DNA of 64,000 nucleotides from Desulfobulbaceae bacterium (lineage in GTDB: Bacteria > Desulfobacterota > Desulfobulbia > Desulfobulbales > SURF-16), in NCBI GenBank assembly GCA_024637145.1, contig JAGXFQ010000040.1:37948-101947 (forward strand), read 5' to 3'. This document shows, piece after piece, positions 49,645 through 57,993 of the stretch. The notes below the pieces were generated by a model. It had not been told where the DNA came from and made no database searches. It was given only the letters and a program-made list of their open reading frames with translations. A program made the position numbers and the translations under genes. Within the stretch, counting starts at the first letter, position 1, and each line of letters starts with the position of its first letter.

Positions 49645-49726
49645 CGAGGCGCTCAACCGGACGACGGTTACGTCCTGCGATTGCCACAAGCGCCTCGGCC
49701 CGCCGTCGGTTAGCTTGCTGTTCGGC
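49639..49726 (+). other. attC site
   Basis: TAACGAGGCGCTCAACCGGACG..CGTCGGTTAGCTTGCT-GTTCGGC. Confidence 0.8.
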
Positions 49727-49766
49727 GGCAGAAAGGCTTCCGGGGGAAGCTAACGAGGGAAATCCG

Positions 49767-50600
49767 ATGAGTGACAAGGGCACGAACGAAAATTCTGACG
49801 CGAACTCCACGGATGCGGAGGAGCTGAAACGGGAGCGATACGAGCTGCTCCAGCGTTTGGAGGGCGGGCTGGAGACGCCGATGCTCGTTCTGGCGTTCGT
49901 GTGGCTGGTGCTATTGATAGTGGAGCTGATTCAGGGCGAGAGTCTGCTGTTCTATTTTCTCGGCACGACTATCTGGGTTATCTTCATTATCGATTTCGCT
50001 GTGAAGTTGGTCCTGGCCCCGGACAAGGTCGTTTACCTCAAGGGTCACTGGCTGACCGCCATTTCGCTGCTGCTCCCCGCGCTGCGGATCTTCCGCGTCT
50101 TCCGCGCGTTTCGGCTGCTCCGCCTGGCCAGGGCGGGGCGGGGGTTGCGGCTGGTCCGCGTTGTCAGTTCGCTGAACCGCGGGATGAAGGCCCTGGGCGC
50201 GAGTCTGAGCCGACGGGGCTTCGGGTATGTGATCGCCCTCACAGTGCTGGTCACGTTCGCCGGCGCGGCCGGGATGTACGCTTTCGAGAACGAGGCAGCC
50301 GGCGGCCCGAACAGCTACGGCGAGTCGCTGTGGTGGACCGCCATGATCATGACAACCATGGGCTCGGAGTACTGGCCGCAGACGCTGGAGGGGCGTGTAT
50401 TGTGCGTCTTTCTGGCCCTATACGCCTTCGGTGTTTTCGGCTACGTGACAGCGGCGCTCGCCACCTTCTTCGTCGGCCGCGACGCCGATAGTAGCGACGC
50501 CGAAGTGGCAGGGGCCAAACAACTGGCCGCGGTCCTGGATGAGGTGAGTGCCTTACGCGATGAGATCCGCGCCCTGTCGCGACAACCGCCGGAGTTGTGA
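49767..50600 (+). CDS. Cassette: voltage-gated-type ion channel (ion transporter)
   Basis: S4-like LRIFRVFRAFRLLRLAR; pore WW...MTTMGSEYWP.T.EGR (filter TTMGSE instead of TTVGYG). Confidence 0.9.
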   Translation: MSDKGTNENSDANSTDAEELKRERYELLQRLEGGLETPMLVLAFVWLVLLIVELIQGESLLFYFLGTTIWVIFIIDFAVKLVLAPDKVVYLKGHWLTAISLLLPALRIFRVFRAFRLLRLARAGRGLRLVRVVSSLNRGMKALGASLSRRGFGYVIALTVLVTFAGAAGMYAFENEAAGGPNSYGESLWWTAMIMTTMGSEYWPQTLEGRVLCVFLALYAFGVFGYVTAALATFFVGRDADSSDAEVAGAKQLAAVLDEVSALRDEIRALSRQPPEL

Positions 50601-50626
50601 AACGTCTTCCAGGAACATAAAGGCAC

Positions 50627-50724
50627 GCCGCACCAAACGCTCCAGCAGACCGGGGCCGCGTGACGGCTTTCGGTGGTTCATTGCCGCTCTGGTGGCCCCG
50701 GCTGCTGAGCGGGGACGGTTGGTC
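50627..50724 (+). other. attC site, degenerate R''
   Basis: GCCGCAC-CAAACGCTCCAGCAGACCGGGGCC..GGCCCCGGCTGCTGAGC..GTTGGTC. Confidence 0.8.
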
Positions 50725-50744
50725 TGAAGATGAACGAGAATCGC

Positions 50745-51239
50745 ATGAATCCTACAATCATAATCAGGAACGAGACGAAAGACGATATCAGCACCATCAC
50801 CGAGGTGACCGTCGAGGCATTCAAAACATTAGAGGTCAGCAACCAAACGGAACAATATCTCATCGAGGCATTACGTGCCGCTAACGCCCTGACTCTATCG
50901 CTGGTTGCAGAAGTCGGTGGCAACGTGGTCGGACATATCGCATTCTCTCCCGTGACCATCTTGGACGGCACTAGGCACTGGTATGGCCTCGGTCCCGTTT
51001 CGGTACTACCTGAGTACCAGCAGAAGGGTATTGGCAAAGCCTTAATTCAAGAAGGGCTATCAAGATTAAAAGATATAGGCGCCAAAGGCTGTCGTTTAGT
51101 AGGACATCCGCGATACTACAGAAAATTCGGCTTTGAGAATGTTGCCGGACTTACCCTCGAAGGGGTTCCTCAAGAATTTGGGCACAAGCCATATTTAGGT
51201 GAGAAAAAAAGAGAGGGGGAGACGGAGCTAACTGCTTGA
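50745..51239 (+). CDS. Cassette: GNAT N-acetyltransferase (YhbS-like), probably 3'-truncated at the island end
   Basis: VVGHIAFSPV..GLGPVSVLP.YQ.KGIG..LVGHP.YY.KFGF; family-like sequence stops at VPQEF (~51180); no attC follows. Confidence 0.85.
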   Translation: MNPTIIIRNETKDDISTITEVTVEAFKTLEVSNQTEQYLIEALRAANALTLSLVAEVGGNVVGHIAFSPVTILDGTRHWYGLGPVSVLPEYQQKGIGKALIQEGLSRLKDIGAKGCRLVGHPRYYRKFGFENVAGLTLEGVPQEFGHKPYLGEKKREGETELTA

Positions 51240-51247
51240 AATAACCA

Positions 51248-51324
51248 TGGTGCGCCCGGCTGGATTCGAACCAGCGACTCTCGGCTTCGAAGGCCGATGC
51301 TCTATCCAGCTGAGCTACGGGCGC
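51248..51324 (-). tRNA. tRNA-Arg (anticodon UCG)
   Basis: GCGCCCGTAGCTCAGCTGGATAGAGCATCGGCCTTCGAAGCCGAGAGTCGCTGGTTCGAATCCAGCCGGGCGCACCA; full cloverleaf, CCA encoded. Confidence 0.97.
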
Positions 51325-51403
51325 CTGGATGTCTTTAGAGTGTATAGAGTATTTGGCGGGAAGATGCAAAGAAAGAGGCGCTGCTCTTCTAGGTTTTTCT
51401 TTG

Positions 51404-52720
51404 TCAGAAGGAATAACCGAGGCTGAGGCTGGTCACCGTTCTGCTGTAATCATAAAGAGAATGGGTGGAGTCGTTGTTGGTATGGCGGATAAGGGCGCTG
51501 GCCTCCCATTTTTGTGTCAGGGCATAGCCCAGGCGCAGGGAGGCCTCGTAGCGATCATCATTACGCTCTTGGTTGCCGGCCAGATCATAGGTGCTGTGCC
51601 GGTAACTGGCAGCCACCATTGCCGTGAGGCGGGCCAGGGGCGGCAGCTCAAGAGTGACGCGGAAGAGATGGCGGCGCGGTGAGAATTCTTTGTCGCGGCG
51701 GTGGTTTTCCTCCAGGCTGTATCCCAGGAGGAGGCGGGAGGGGCCTGTGGCGGTGGAAAATTCCGCTGTGGCCCGCTGTTGCCCGCCTTGCAGGTAATCA
51801 TAGTCTGGATTGAGCATATCAAGATAGGCGTATTGGTAGGCGAGGCGAAAGAAGGAGCTGTCGCTGATGAAGCGTCTGGCCTGCAGGATGAACAAAGGGC
51901 TTTGGGAGTAGCCCCCATGATCCCAGTACACATAGTTGTATGCCGTGCCGCCTTCCAGCTGGAAGTCGCCGCTGTTATGGCGGTAGCGGCCCTCCAGCTG
52001 CAGCGCTCCGGTGTCATACTCATTGAGAGCGGTATAGTCGCGAATGGAAAGGCTTCCTTGCAGGTAGGGGCCCTGGCCGGCGGAATCCCCCCAAAAGGGC
52101 GTGCGAGCAAAGGCGAAGAGGTCTGTAAAGCTGTCTCCTTCCTCACTGGCTAATTGCAGGTCATTATTCTCCACCATGGTGACATTGTCGTCATAGCCCA
52201 GACCCAGGGAGGCAAAACCCAGCCACGGCCCCCTCTGGCCCTGGCGGCTTTCGATTCTGCTGAGAGCGGTTTGGGCCAGGAGGACGAGCTTCCTGTCCTT
52301 TTTGTCGGCCGTGGCCAGGGATTTTTGGAGCCAGGCCCTGGCTGCCTCTGGATCTCCCTGTTTGTCCGCCACCAAGGCCAGATTATAAGAGGCCAGCGGC
52401 GCCATCTGTGCAAAGGTTGCCGCCTGCAGGAAGGCCTGGCGCGCCTCTTCGTAGCGGCCCAGCTTATAGGCACAGACCCCGATATTATGGTAGAGGGCCG
52501 GTTTATCAAGGCCTGCTGCCTTGGCCTCTTTGAAAAGGGTCAAGGCCTCTTCGTACTCCTTGGCCACAAAGGCGTTCTGGCCCGCCTGGAAGGAGGAGGC
52601 GGTAAGATGTTCAGCACTGCGCCCCTGGTTGGGGGTGAGGCCGACCAAGAGGAACAGGGCCAGGGCCATGAGAAGAGCAGGCCGCTTTAAGGTGTGGGTT
52701 GGGAGCAAAATAAGGGGCAA
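51404..52720 (-). CDS. TPR-containing outer-membrane beta-barrel protein
   Basis: Signal peptide, TPR helices (LYHNIGVCAYKLG), LGLGYDDNV barrel start, C-terminal LGYSF; start uncertain (52669-52807). Confidence 0.85.
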   Translation of the reverse strand: MPLILLPTHTLKRPALLMALALFLLVGLTPNQGRSAEHLTASSFQAGQNAFVAKEYEEALTLFKEAKAAGLDKPALYHNIGVCAYKLGRYEEARQAFLQAATFAQMAPLASYNLALVADKQGDPEAARAWLQKSLATADKKDRKLVLLAQTALSRIESRQGQRGPWLGFASLGLGYDDNVTMVENNDLQLASEEGDSFTDLFAFARTPFWGDSAGQGPYLQGSLSIRDYTALNEYDTGALQLEGRYRHNSGDFQLEGGTAYNYVYWDHGGYSQSPLFILQARRFISDSSFFRLAYQYAYLDMLNPDYDYLQGGQQRATAEFSTATGPSRLLLGYSLEENHRRDKEFSPRRHLFRVTLELPPLARLTAMVAASYRHSTYDLAGNQERNDDRYEASLRLGYALTQKWEASALIRHTNNDSTHSLYDYSRTVTSLSLGYSF

Positions 52721-52900
52721 GATAGTTGTTTCCAATTGCAGAATTTCGCTGAAAGACTTTCTTATGGTACACCAACAGATTGTTGCAGATTGCGGCGTCT
52801 TTGGCAATGGTTACAGGGGCTGGACAACAAAAAAAAGCCATGGGTCCTCCCTTGGCGGGATATGGCCCCATGGCTCTCAGAAAAGAAAGGGCAGCCCGGC

Positions 52901-53317
52901 TTAGCGCCCCTTTTTCGCACCCATATCTCCCTCGGCATGGCGCTGGGCGTCTTGAGCCTGCTGCCGGGACTCTTGAACCTGCTGCCGGGACTCCTGGATC
53001 TGATGGGTGACCTCATTCTGGATGGCGTTTGGTGACCCCTCTTCCTGGCGGAGCGAAAGAGCGCTGCTCTGTTGGCCTATGCGGTGCTGATTGCGGATCT
53101 GTTCCTGGTGCATCTCCTGCACCGGCAGGTCAATGATGTGGACAATGTCTGCTGAAGATTGGGCATCCTCGTCAAGCATCTCCATGGTCACATCCAGCTC
53201 AACGTCATTGCTGGCCAGCACCAGAACAGGAGCCGGGTCGGTAACATCTGCCGCCATGGTGGTGCCGGCGCCCAGGATAAAAAGCAGGGCTGGGAAAAGA
53301 TAGATAAGGACTTTCAT
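52901..53317 (-). CDS. Secreted hypothetical protein, Gln-rich C-terminus
   Basis: Signal peptide, LDVTM motif, QESRQQ repeats; RBS GAGG. Confidence 0.8.
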   Translation of the reverse strand: MKVLIYLFPALLFILGAGTTMAADVTDPAPVLVLASNDVELDVTMEMLDEDAQSSADIVHIIDLPVQEMHQEQIRNQHRIGQQSSALSLRQEEGSPNAIQNEVTHQIQESRQQVQESRQQAQDAQRHAEGDMGAKKGR

Positions 53318-53352
53318 CTGATACCTCTCTTGACAAAACAGTCTGTCATGGC

Positions 53353-54033
53353 CTAGGCCATAGCGGGGCTGCTCTGTCCTCTTTTGGTTAACTCGTCATG
53401 GAAAACTTGCATGACAAGGGAGAGCATTTTGCTCTTATTTTCATGATGGATATGGGTGATAAGCTCAGCCATGCCGCCGCTCTTGGCGATGAGGGGCAGG
53501 TTGAGCAGGTTCCGGCCTTTCCGGAGATCAGTGGTCCATTCTATTTCTCGGCGACCCGGAAACCCGGCCACCTCTAATTGGGGCGGCAGCTCAATAACCA
53601 GAGCGGCCTGCAACATATCCCGCGGGACATTAACCATCACCTGCACAAGGCGCTGTTCGTTGATCTTGAGGCTGATGGTTTGCCGGCCGGGCCGTTCATC
53701 TTCAGGAGTTATGGGGCCGGGGGCACCGGCCACCATGAGCCAGAGGGCGACTCCGGCGGCCACCGCCCCTCCCCACAGGGAGATGGCGGACCGGCTCCGT
53801 TTCTTTTCTTGATGGCCGGCCCGGGCCAGGGCAAAAGAACGGCTGACAAAATCCTTGCTGGGCGGCGGCACCGGCAGGGTGCGCAGGGCTGCCAGCAGCC
53901 TTTTTTCCTGATCATATTCTTGGCAACAGCGGCCACAGCCGGCCAGATGCGCCTGGAGCTCTCTTGTTTCCAGGCGGTTCAGGGTATTGCCCTCAAGGTC
54001 ATTTATGTTTTGGCGTGCTTCTTGACAATTCAT
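53353..54033 (-). CDS. Anti-sigma factor with zf-HC2 (ZAS) domain
   Basis: MNC..AHLAGCGRC, single TM, periplasmic domain. Confidence 0.9.
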   Translation of the reverse strand: MNCQEARQNINDLEGNTLNRLETRELQAHLAGCGRCCQEYDQEKRLLAALRTLPVPPPSKDFVSRSFALARAGHQEKKRSRSAISLWGGAVAAGVALWLMVAGAPGPITPEDERPGRQTISLKINEQRLVQVMVNVPRDMLQAALVIELPPQLEVAGFPGRREIEWTTDLRKGRNLLNLPLIAKSGGMAELITHIHHENKSKMLSLVMQVFHDELTKRGQSSPAMA

Positions 54034-54051
54034 TTTTTGTTACCTCTACAA

Positions 54052-54630
54052 CTATAACGACTCATCATGAAGAAAGGTTCCCTTGTTCATAAAATTCCGT
54101 AAGTTATCTCGAGACCGGTGGAGCCGTGATTTCAGGGTTCCCATGGGGGTTTCGAGGATTTCCGTAAGCTCTGCCAGGGTATAGCCCTCAACATAATAAA
54201 GCAGGCAGAGATGGCGCTGCGCCTCGTTCAGGGAGTTGATGGCGGCCTGCACGCGTCTGCTGCTTTCCTTCTTTTCCGTACCCTCCTCAGGCCCTGGTTC
54301 CTGGCTGGCCATGATATCCAGCATCTCCAGGCTGTTGTCGTGGGACGTGGCCACCAGGTGCAGAGGGGAGCGCTTGTTGCGGCGCTGCTGATCCAGAAAG
54401 GTTCGATAGAGGATCTTGGCCAGCCACGGTCCCGGCTTTTCTATGGCCAACAACTGGCGGCGCCTGGGATAGAGCTTGACCAGCACGTCTTGAACCAGAT
54501 CTTCGGCGTCCGGTCCGCTGCCGGTGAGACGAAAGGCCAGGCGATAGAGCCGCAGCATGTGGGGTTTTATTGTCGACTCAAAGTCAGCGGTCTTGCTGAA
54601 ATAAGTTATGAGGCTGATGACTTTTTCCAT
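54052..54630 (-). CDS. ECF RNA polymerase sigma factor
   Basis: LYRLAFRLTG..DAEDLVQD..WL..I; EGYT..E....P.GTLKSRLHR. Confidence 0.95.
   Translation of the reverse strand: MEKVISLITYFSKTADFESTIKPHMLRLYRLAFRLTGSGPDAEDLVQDVLVKLYPRRRQLLAIEKPGPWLAKILYRTFLDQQRRNKRSPLHLVATSHDNSLEMLDIMASQEPGPEEGTEKKESSRRVQAAINSLNEAQRHLCLLYYVEGYTLAELTEILETPMGTLKSRLHRSRDNLRNFMNKGTFLHDESL
54054..54081 (-). promoter_or_regulatory. Putative ECF promoter for the anti-sigma operon (inside the sigma gene 3' end)
   Basis: GGAACC-N16-CGTTAT on the minus strand. Confidence 0.7.
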
Positions 54631-54643
54631 AAATGGTCTCTTC

Positions 54644-54671
54644 ATAACGGCCACAGCAATGAAATGGTTCC
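54644..54671 (-). promoter_or_regulatory. Putative autoregulatory ECF promoter
   Basis: GGAACC-N16-CGTTAT ending 13 bp before ATG 54630. Confidence 0.7.
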
Positions 54672-54740
54672 ATGCCAATCAACAAAAAGAGAAGTTTTTT
54701 CTTTGTGTTGGCCACCCCTGGCAAAAAAATAAAGGGACAA

Positions 54741-54768
54741 GGAACCTTTTATGATGGTTGATCGTGTT
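54741..54768 (+). promoter_or_regulatory. Putative ECF promoter for the DR-repeat gene
   Basis: GGAACC-N16-CGTGTT. Confidence 0.65.
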
Positions 54769-54876
54769 TAATAAATAAAGAAAAAGCAGCCCCGGCAAAG
54801 CAAAAAAATGGATGAGGCATGAGGCCACGTAGCCTGCGCGGTGCGGGAAAAAAATAACAATCCAAGGAGCACTGTT

Positions 54877-55242
54877 ATGAAAAGAAAAAAGATATGCGCC
54901 ATGATCATTTTTTGCGCCCTTACCCTGCCTGCCACCTCGGCCATGGCCCGCGGCGGCGGGGGTGGGGGCGGTCAAGGGGGGAGCCAGGGCGGCAGTTTGG
55001 GTGGCGGCTCTGTTTCTGAAAGTGCCCCCGGAATGAGTCAAAGCCAAGAACAACAGCGTTATGAGCACCAGAATGAGTACCGGACAAATGGCGAGCAACT
55101 GGGCGATATGGATCGCGATAGGGATCGCGATCGCGATAGGGACCTGGATAGGGACCGGGACCTGGACCGGGACCTGAATCGGGACCAGGATGTGGAATAT
55201 CGGGACCGGGATACGGATCGGAACAAGGACAGGGCCCAGTAA
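54877..55242 (+). CDS. Secreted low-complexity protein with Gly tract and Asp-Arg repeats
   Basis: RBS AAGGAG, signal peptide ending SAMA, RGGGGGG, DRDRDRDRDRDLDRDRD. Confidence 0.85.
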   Translation: MKRKKICAMIIFCALTLPATSAMARGGGGGGGQGGSQGGSLGGGSVSESAPGMSQSQEQQRYEHQNEYRTNGEQLGDMDRDRDRDRDRDLDRDRDLDRDLNRDQDVEYRDRDTDRNKDRAQ

Positions 55243-55324
55243 AAGGCCAAGCAGAAACTGGCTGATCAATAAAACACCACGACGAGAAATTGCGGGTTCC
55301 ATTTCCCCCAGGGGAATTTCTTTT

Positions 55325-55361
55325 AGGCGGCAGTCCTGATTAAGGGCTGCCGCCTTTTTTT
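55325..55361 (+). terminator. Intrinsic terminator
   Basis: AGGCGGCAGTCC..GGGCTGCCGCCT plus T run. Confidence 0.75.
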
Positions 55362-55765
55362 GTTGTACTGTCTGGGGAGATGCAGAGTATTTTAACTATA
55401 AAAGAAGCAAAGAACGGTTGCGGGAGGTTTTGCCCGGAAATTTTTGAGAAAGCAGGAGGTCTGCCATGCAATTTTTAACACAGGCAAGCTGTGAGGCGTG
55501 TAAAATCGGGGCGCCCCTGCTCACCGAGTGGGACAGTGTCGAGGTCTCCTGGTGGTCCCATAAGATAAAGGGCTTACATAAAAATGATTTTATCATGGCG
55601 GCCAAAACGGATGCGCTCTTCAACACCTGAGGCAACAGGGGTCCTGTGTCAAAAGAGGGGGCGGCAAAAGCTGAAACAATTTTTCCTTTGACTCTTGCCA
55701 AAGGAGCAAGGCAACATAGGGGTATGGACTGTTCTGGCGTTAATCAACAGCAAAGGGGAGCAAGC

Positions 55766-56107
55766 ATGCCGCTTAGAAATTTTCCGCAAGGCGTGAAAGT
55801 CTTTGCCCTTCAGGCCTATGTGCGGCCCAAGGAAAGAAGTCAGCTGCGTGAAACCCATGTGGCCTTCACCGGCACGCCCCAGAAGCATTATTATGACCCG
55901 GACAAGGTTATTTTGGTCTCCGATCTCTTTTCCACCAACACCTTTTATTATGAATTTCTCACCAAGGATATCTCCTTTGTGGAAGAAATGGGCACCACCG
56001 TCAATCTCGATGGCGAGGCCCTGCCCATGATGCGGCTCTGGGTAAAGAAAAAGAGTATCGGTGTGCGCTGCACCCCTTTTGTGGTGGCGGAGACCTTTAT
56101 CCCCTGA
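55766..56107 (+). CDS. Hypothetical cytoplasmic protein
   Basis: 113 aa, RBS GGGGAG; HVAFTG.P.KH..D..K..L..D..S.NTFYYEF. Confidence 0.8.
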   Translation: MPLRNFPQGVKVFALQAYVRPKERSQLRETHVAFTGTPQKHYYDPDKVILVSDLFSTNTFYYEFLTKDISFVEEMGTTVNLDGEALPMMRLWVKKKSIGVRCTPFVVAETFIP

Positions 56108-56427
56108 GCTCTTCCCCCTCTCTCTTTGCTCCACGGCAAGATTTCCCGCAGTAACATCTCCCCCCCCCTTTTTTCCCTGACCACGGCCTGCTGGACCCCG
56201 GGCTGACGGATCACGCTTGACACCAACCTGACGGTCTCCCGTCCCGGGCCCTGGAGGCGCCATCTAGCTTCTCTTGCCCTTTCATTCCCTACTCTCTTCT
56301 TGGCGCCGGCCGGCTCCCCTGGCTCCGGCCCATCTCAAGATAATCTCCTCCTCAGACAGGGCCCGGCCCTCTCCTCCCCCTTCTTTTTCCCGGGGTATTT
56401 CTCAAAAGCACTGCTCTAGCATCATGA

Positions 56428-56565
56428 TTGCAGATCTGCAATGAGCCACAACGGCGGGCATTGCAAGGCCGCAAGGAGGCTGGAGCTGTCCTGGCGGTAT
56501 TTTCTCTATAATTATTTGAAATTAAAGGAAATATATTGCAAGGGCCTGGTGGCATACAAAGTGTA
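56428..56565 (+). promoter_or_regulatory. Paired enhancer sites and variant sigma54 promoter
   Basis: TTGCAGATCTGCAA (56428) and TTGCAAGGCCGCAA (56461); TGGCATACAAAGTGTA (56550-56565, -12 GT). Confidence 0.65.
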
Positions 56566-56628
56566 GACCTCCCTGCGGATGGCAAAGATGAAAAAATCGC
56601 CCATAAAGAGCTGCCCTGGAGGAGATCT

Positions 56629-57210
56629 ATGAATGAGGCATCCTGTCATATCCCGGCAGCAGACATTCTCGAGAGCCTGGCTGAAGCCGTATTTACGGTG
56701 GATAGCGCCTGGCGGATCACCTCTTTTAATAGGGGGGCGGAAAGGGTCACCGGCAAACGGCGCCAGGAGGTCATGGGGCAACTCTGCCATGAGGTGTTTC
56801 GTTCCAGCCTCTGCGCCCAGGATTGTCCTCTCCAAAAAGCCCTGGCCGGCGGCATTGCCATCTTAGTGAGTCGGGCTTTTATCGCCACCAGTGAAGGCCG
56901 GCAGGTGCCGGTCAATGTCTCGGCAGCGGTGTTGCGCAATGGCCGGCATGAGGTGGTGGGCGGCATCGAAACATTTCAGGATCTCCGTCTTCCCGGCGCG
57001 GCCACCGGCACTATGGAGCGGGCAGTGCAGGCCCTCCAGGCCCAGGCCATTATTGCCGCTCTCCGCCGCAATAATAATAACCGCTCAGCCGCCGCCCATG
57101 AGCTGGGTATGCATAAGAGCACTTTTTTCAGGAAGGTCAAAAATCTGGGCATTGACCTGCCGCCGGGTGATGGCCGATGCCGTACCAGCAAGCAGGACAA
57201 CACCCTCTAA
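56629..57210 (+). CDS. PAS + Fis-type HTH protein without AAA+ domain
   Basis: PAS (AVFTVD..WRITSFN.GAE..C.EVF.S.LC..CPL) joined directly to NRSAAAHELGMHKSTFFRK; RBS GGAGG. Confidence 0.88.
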   Translation: MNEASCHIPAADILESLAEAVFTVDSAWRITSFNRGAERVTGKRRQEVMGQLCHEVFRSSLCAQDCPLQKALAGGIAILVSRAFIATSEGRQVPVNVSAAVLRNGRHEVVGGIETFQDLRLPGAATGTMERAVQALQAQAIIAALRRNNNNRSAAAHELGMHKSTFFRKVKNLGIDLPPGDGRCRTSKQDNTL

Positions 57211-57220
57211 AGGGAAAGCA

Positions 57221-57358
57221 TTGCAGTAATGCAATGATGAGCAGAAATATTGTTGCAGGGGAGCAATCGGGCCCAGGGGCGGTGTCCGCGCCTCTTGATG
57301 GCAACATATTGATTTTAGGTAATTAAATAAAAAAAATGTTGCTGGCACACTCCCTGCT
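57221..57358 (+). promoter_or_regulatory. Paired enhancer sites, IHF site and sigma54 promoter
   Basis: TTGCAGTAATGCAA (57221), TTGCAGGGGAGCAA (57253), IHF CAACATATTGATT (57302), TGGCACACTCCCTGCT (57343). Confidence 0.85.
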
Positions 57359-57467
57359 TTTCCTCTTGGTAACCTTAGGCAGATATGATTGGTGCCCGCT
57401 CCAGACTATCTCTGCAAGCAAGGGCGCTTTTTGCGGCTTGATAACCATTTTGAAGGAGGATACGGCC

Positions 57468-57896
57468 ATGACTCAATACCTGATACTTTTAGCAATCATC
57501 CCGCTCTCTGTTTTCAATCTTACCAAGATGTTCGTACCGCGCCGGCGCTGGCTGCTGTCCGGCCTGGCCACCGGCCTGGTGATCGCCCCGGTGAGCATGG
57601 GGCTCATCGCCTTCACCTATGTCCCCATCATCGGCAAGGCCATGGGGCTTGTGGGGCTGATCGGCAATCTGATCCACGGCTCTGTGGGCTACTTCTTCCT
57701 GGTGAGCTTCGGCGGCATGGAGCCCGGCGTCCTCCTGGCCCCTGCCCAGCTGGTTACCATCAGTGTGGTCAATGCGTTCATCTGGGGCTCTTATTACGGT
57801 ATGGTGGGCTATCATATTGATGCCAAACTTGCCACGGAGAAGCAGCCTGCCAAGGCCCTGGCCGGCCAAAGGGCAATGAAGCAGAGAGTTGTCTGA
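57468..57896 (+). CDS. Hypothetical integral membrane protein
   Basis: RBS AAGGAGG, about 4 TM segments. Confidence 0.85.
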   Translation: MTQYLILLAIIPLSVFNLTKMFVPRRRWLLSGLATGLVIAPVSMGLIAFTYVPIIGKAMGLVGLIGNLIHGSVGYFFLVSFGGMEPGVLLAPAQLVTISVVNAFIWGSYYGMVGYHIDAKLATEKQPAKALAGQRAMKQRVV

Positions 57897-57993
57897 CAGA
57901 TAGACCCAGGGCCGGCAGCGCTGGAGAAGCAAGGCGCTGCCGGCTGCCTGAAAATTATGAATGCTCTTTTTAAAGAGAAATGGAGAAACGGTC

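Larger units (their letters stand above)
37432..51274. mobile_element. tRNA-Arg-anchored genomic island containing an integron cassette array
   Basis: Flanking 38-bp direct repeats, mosaic base composition, truncated intI, multiple attC sites, all cargo ORFs on the + strand. Confidence 0.88.

Noticed and set aside
55766-56107. Inorganic pyrophosphatase label that I recall for similar proteins
   Set aside because: No DxDxxD family I motif or DHH motif; left as hypothetical
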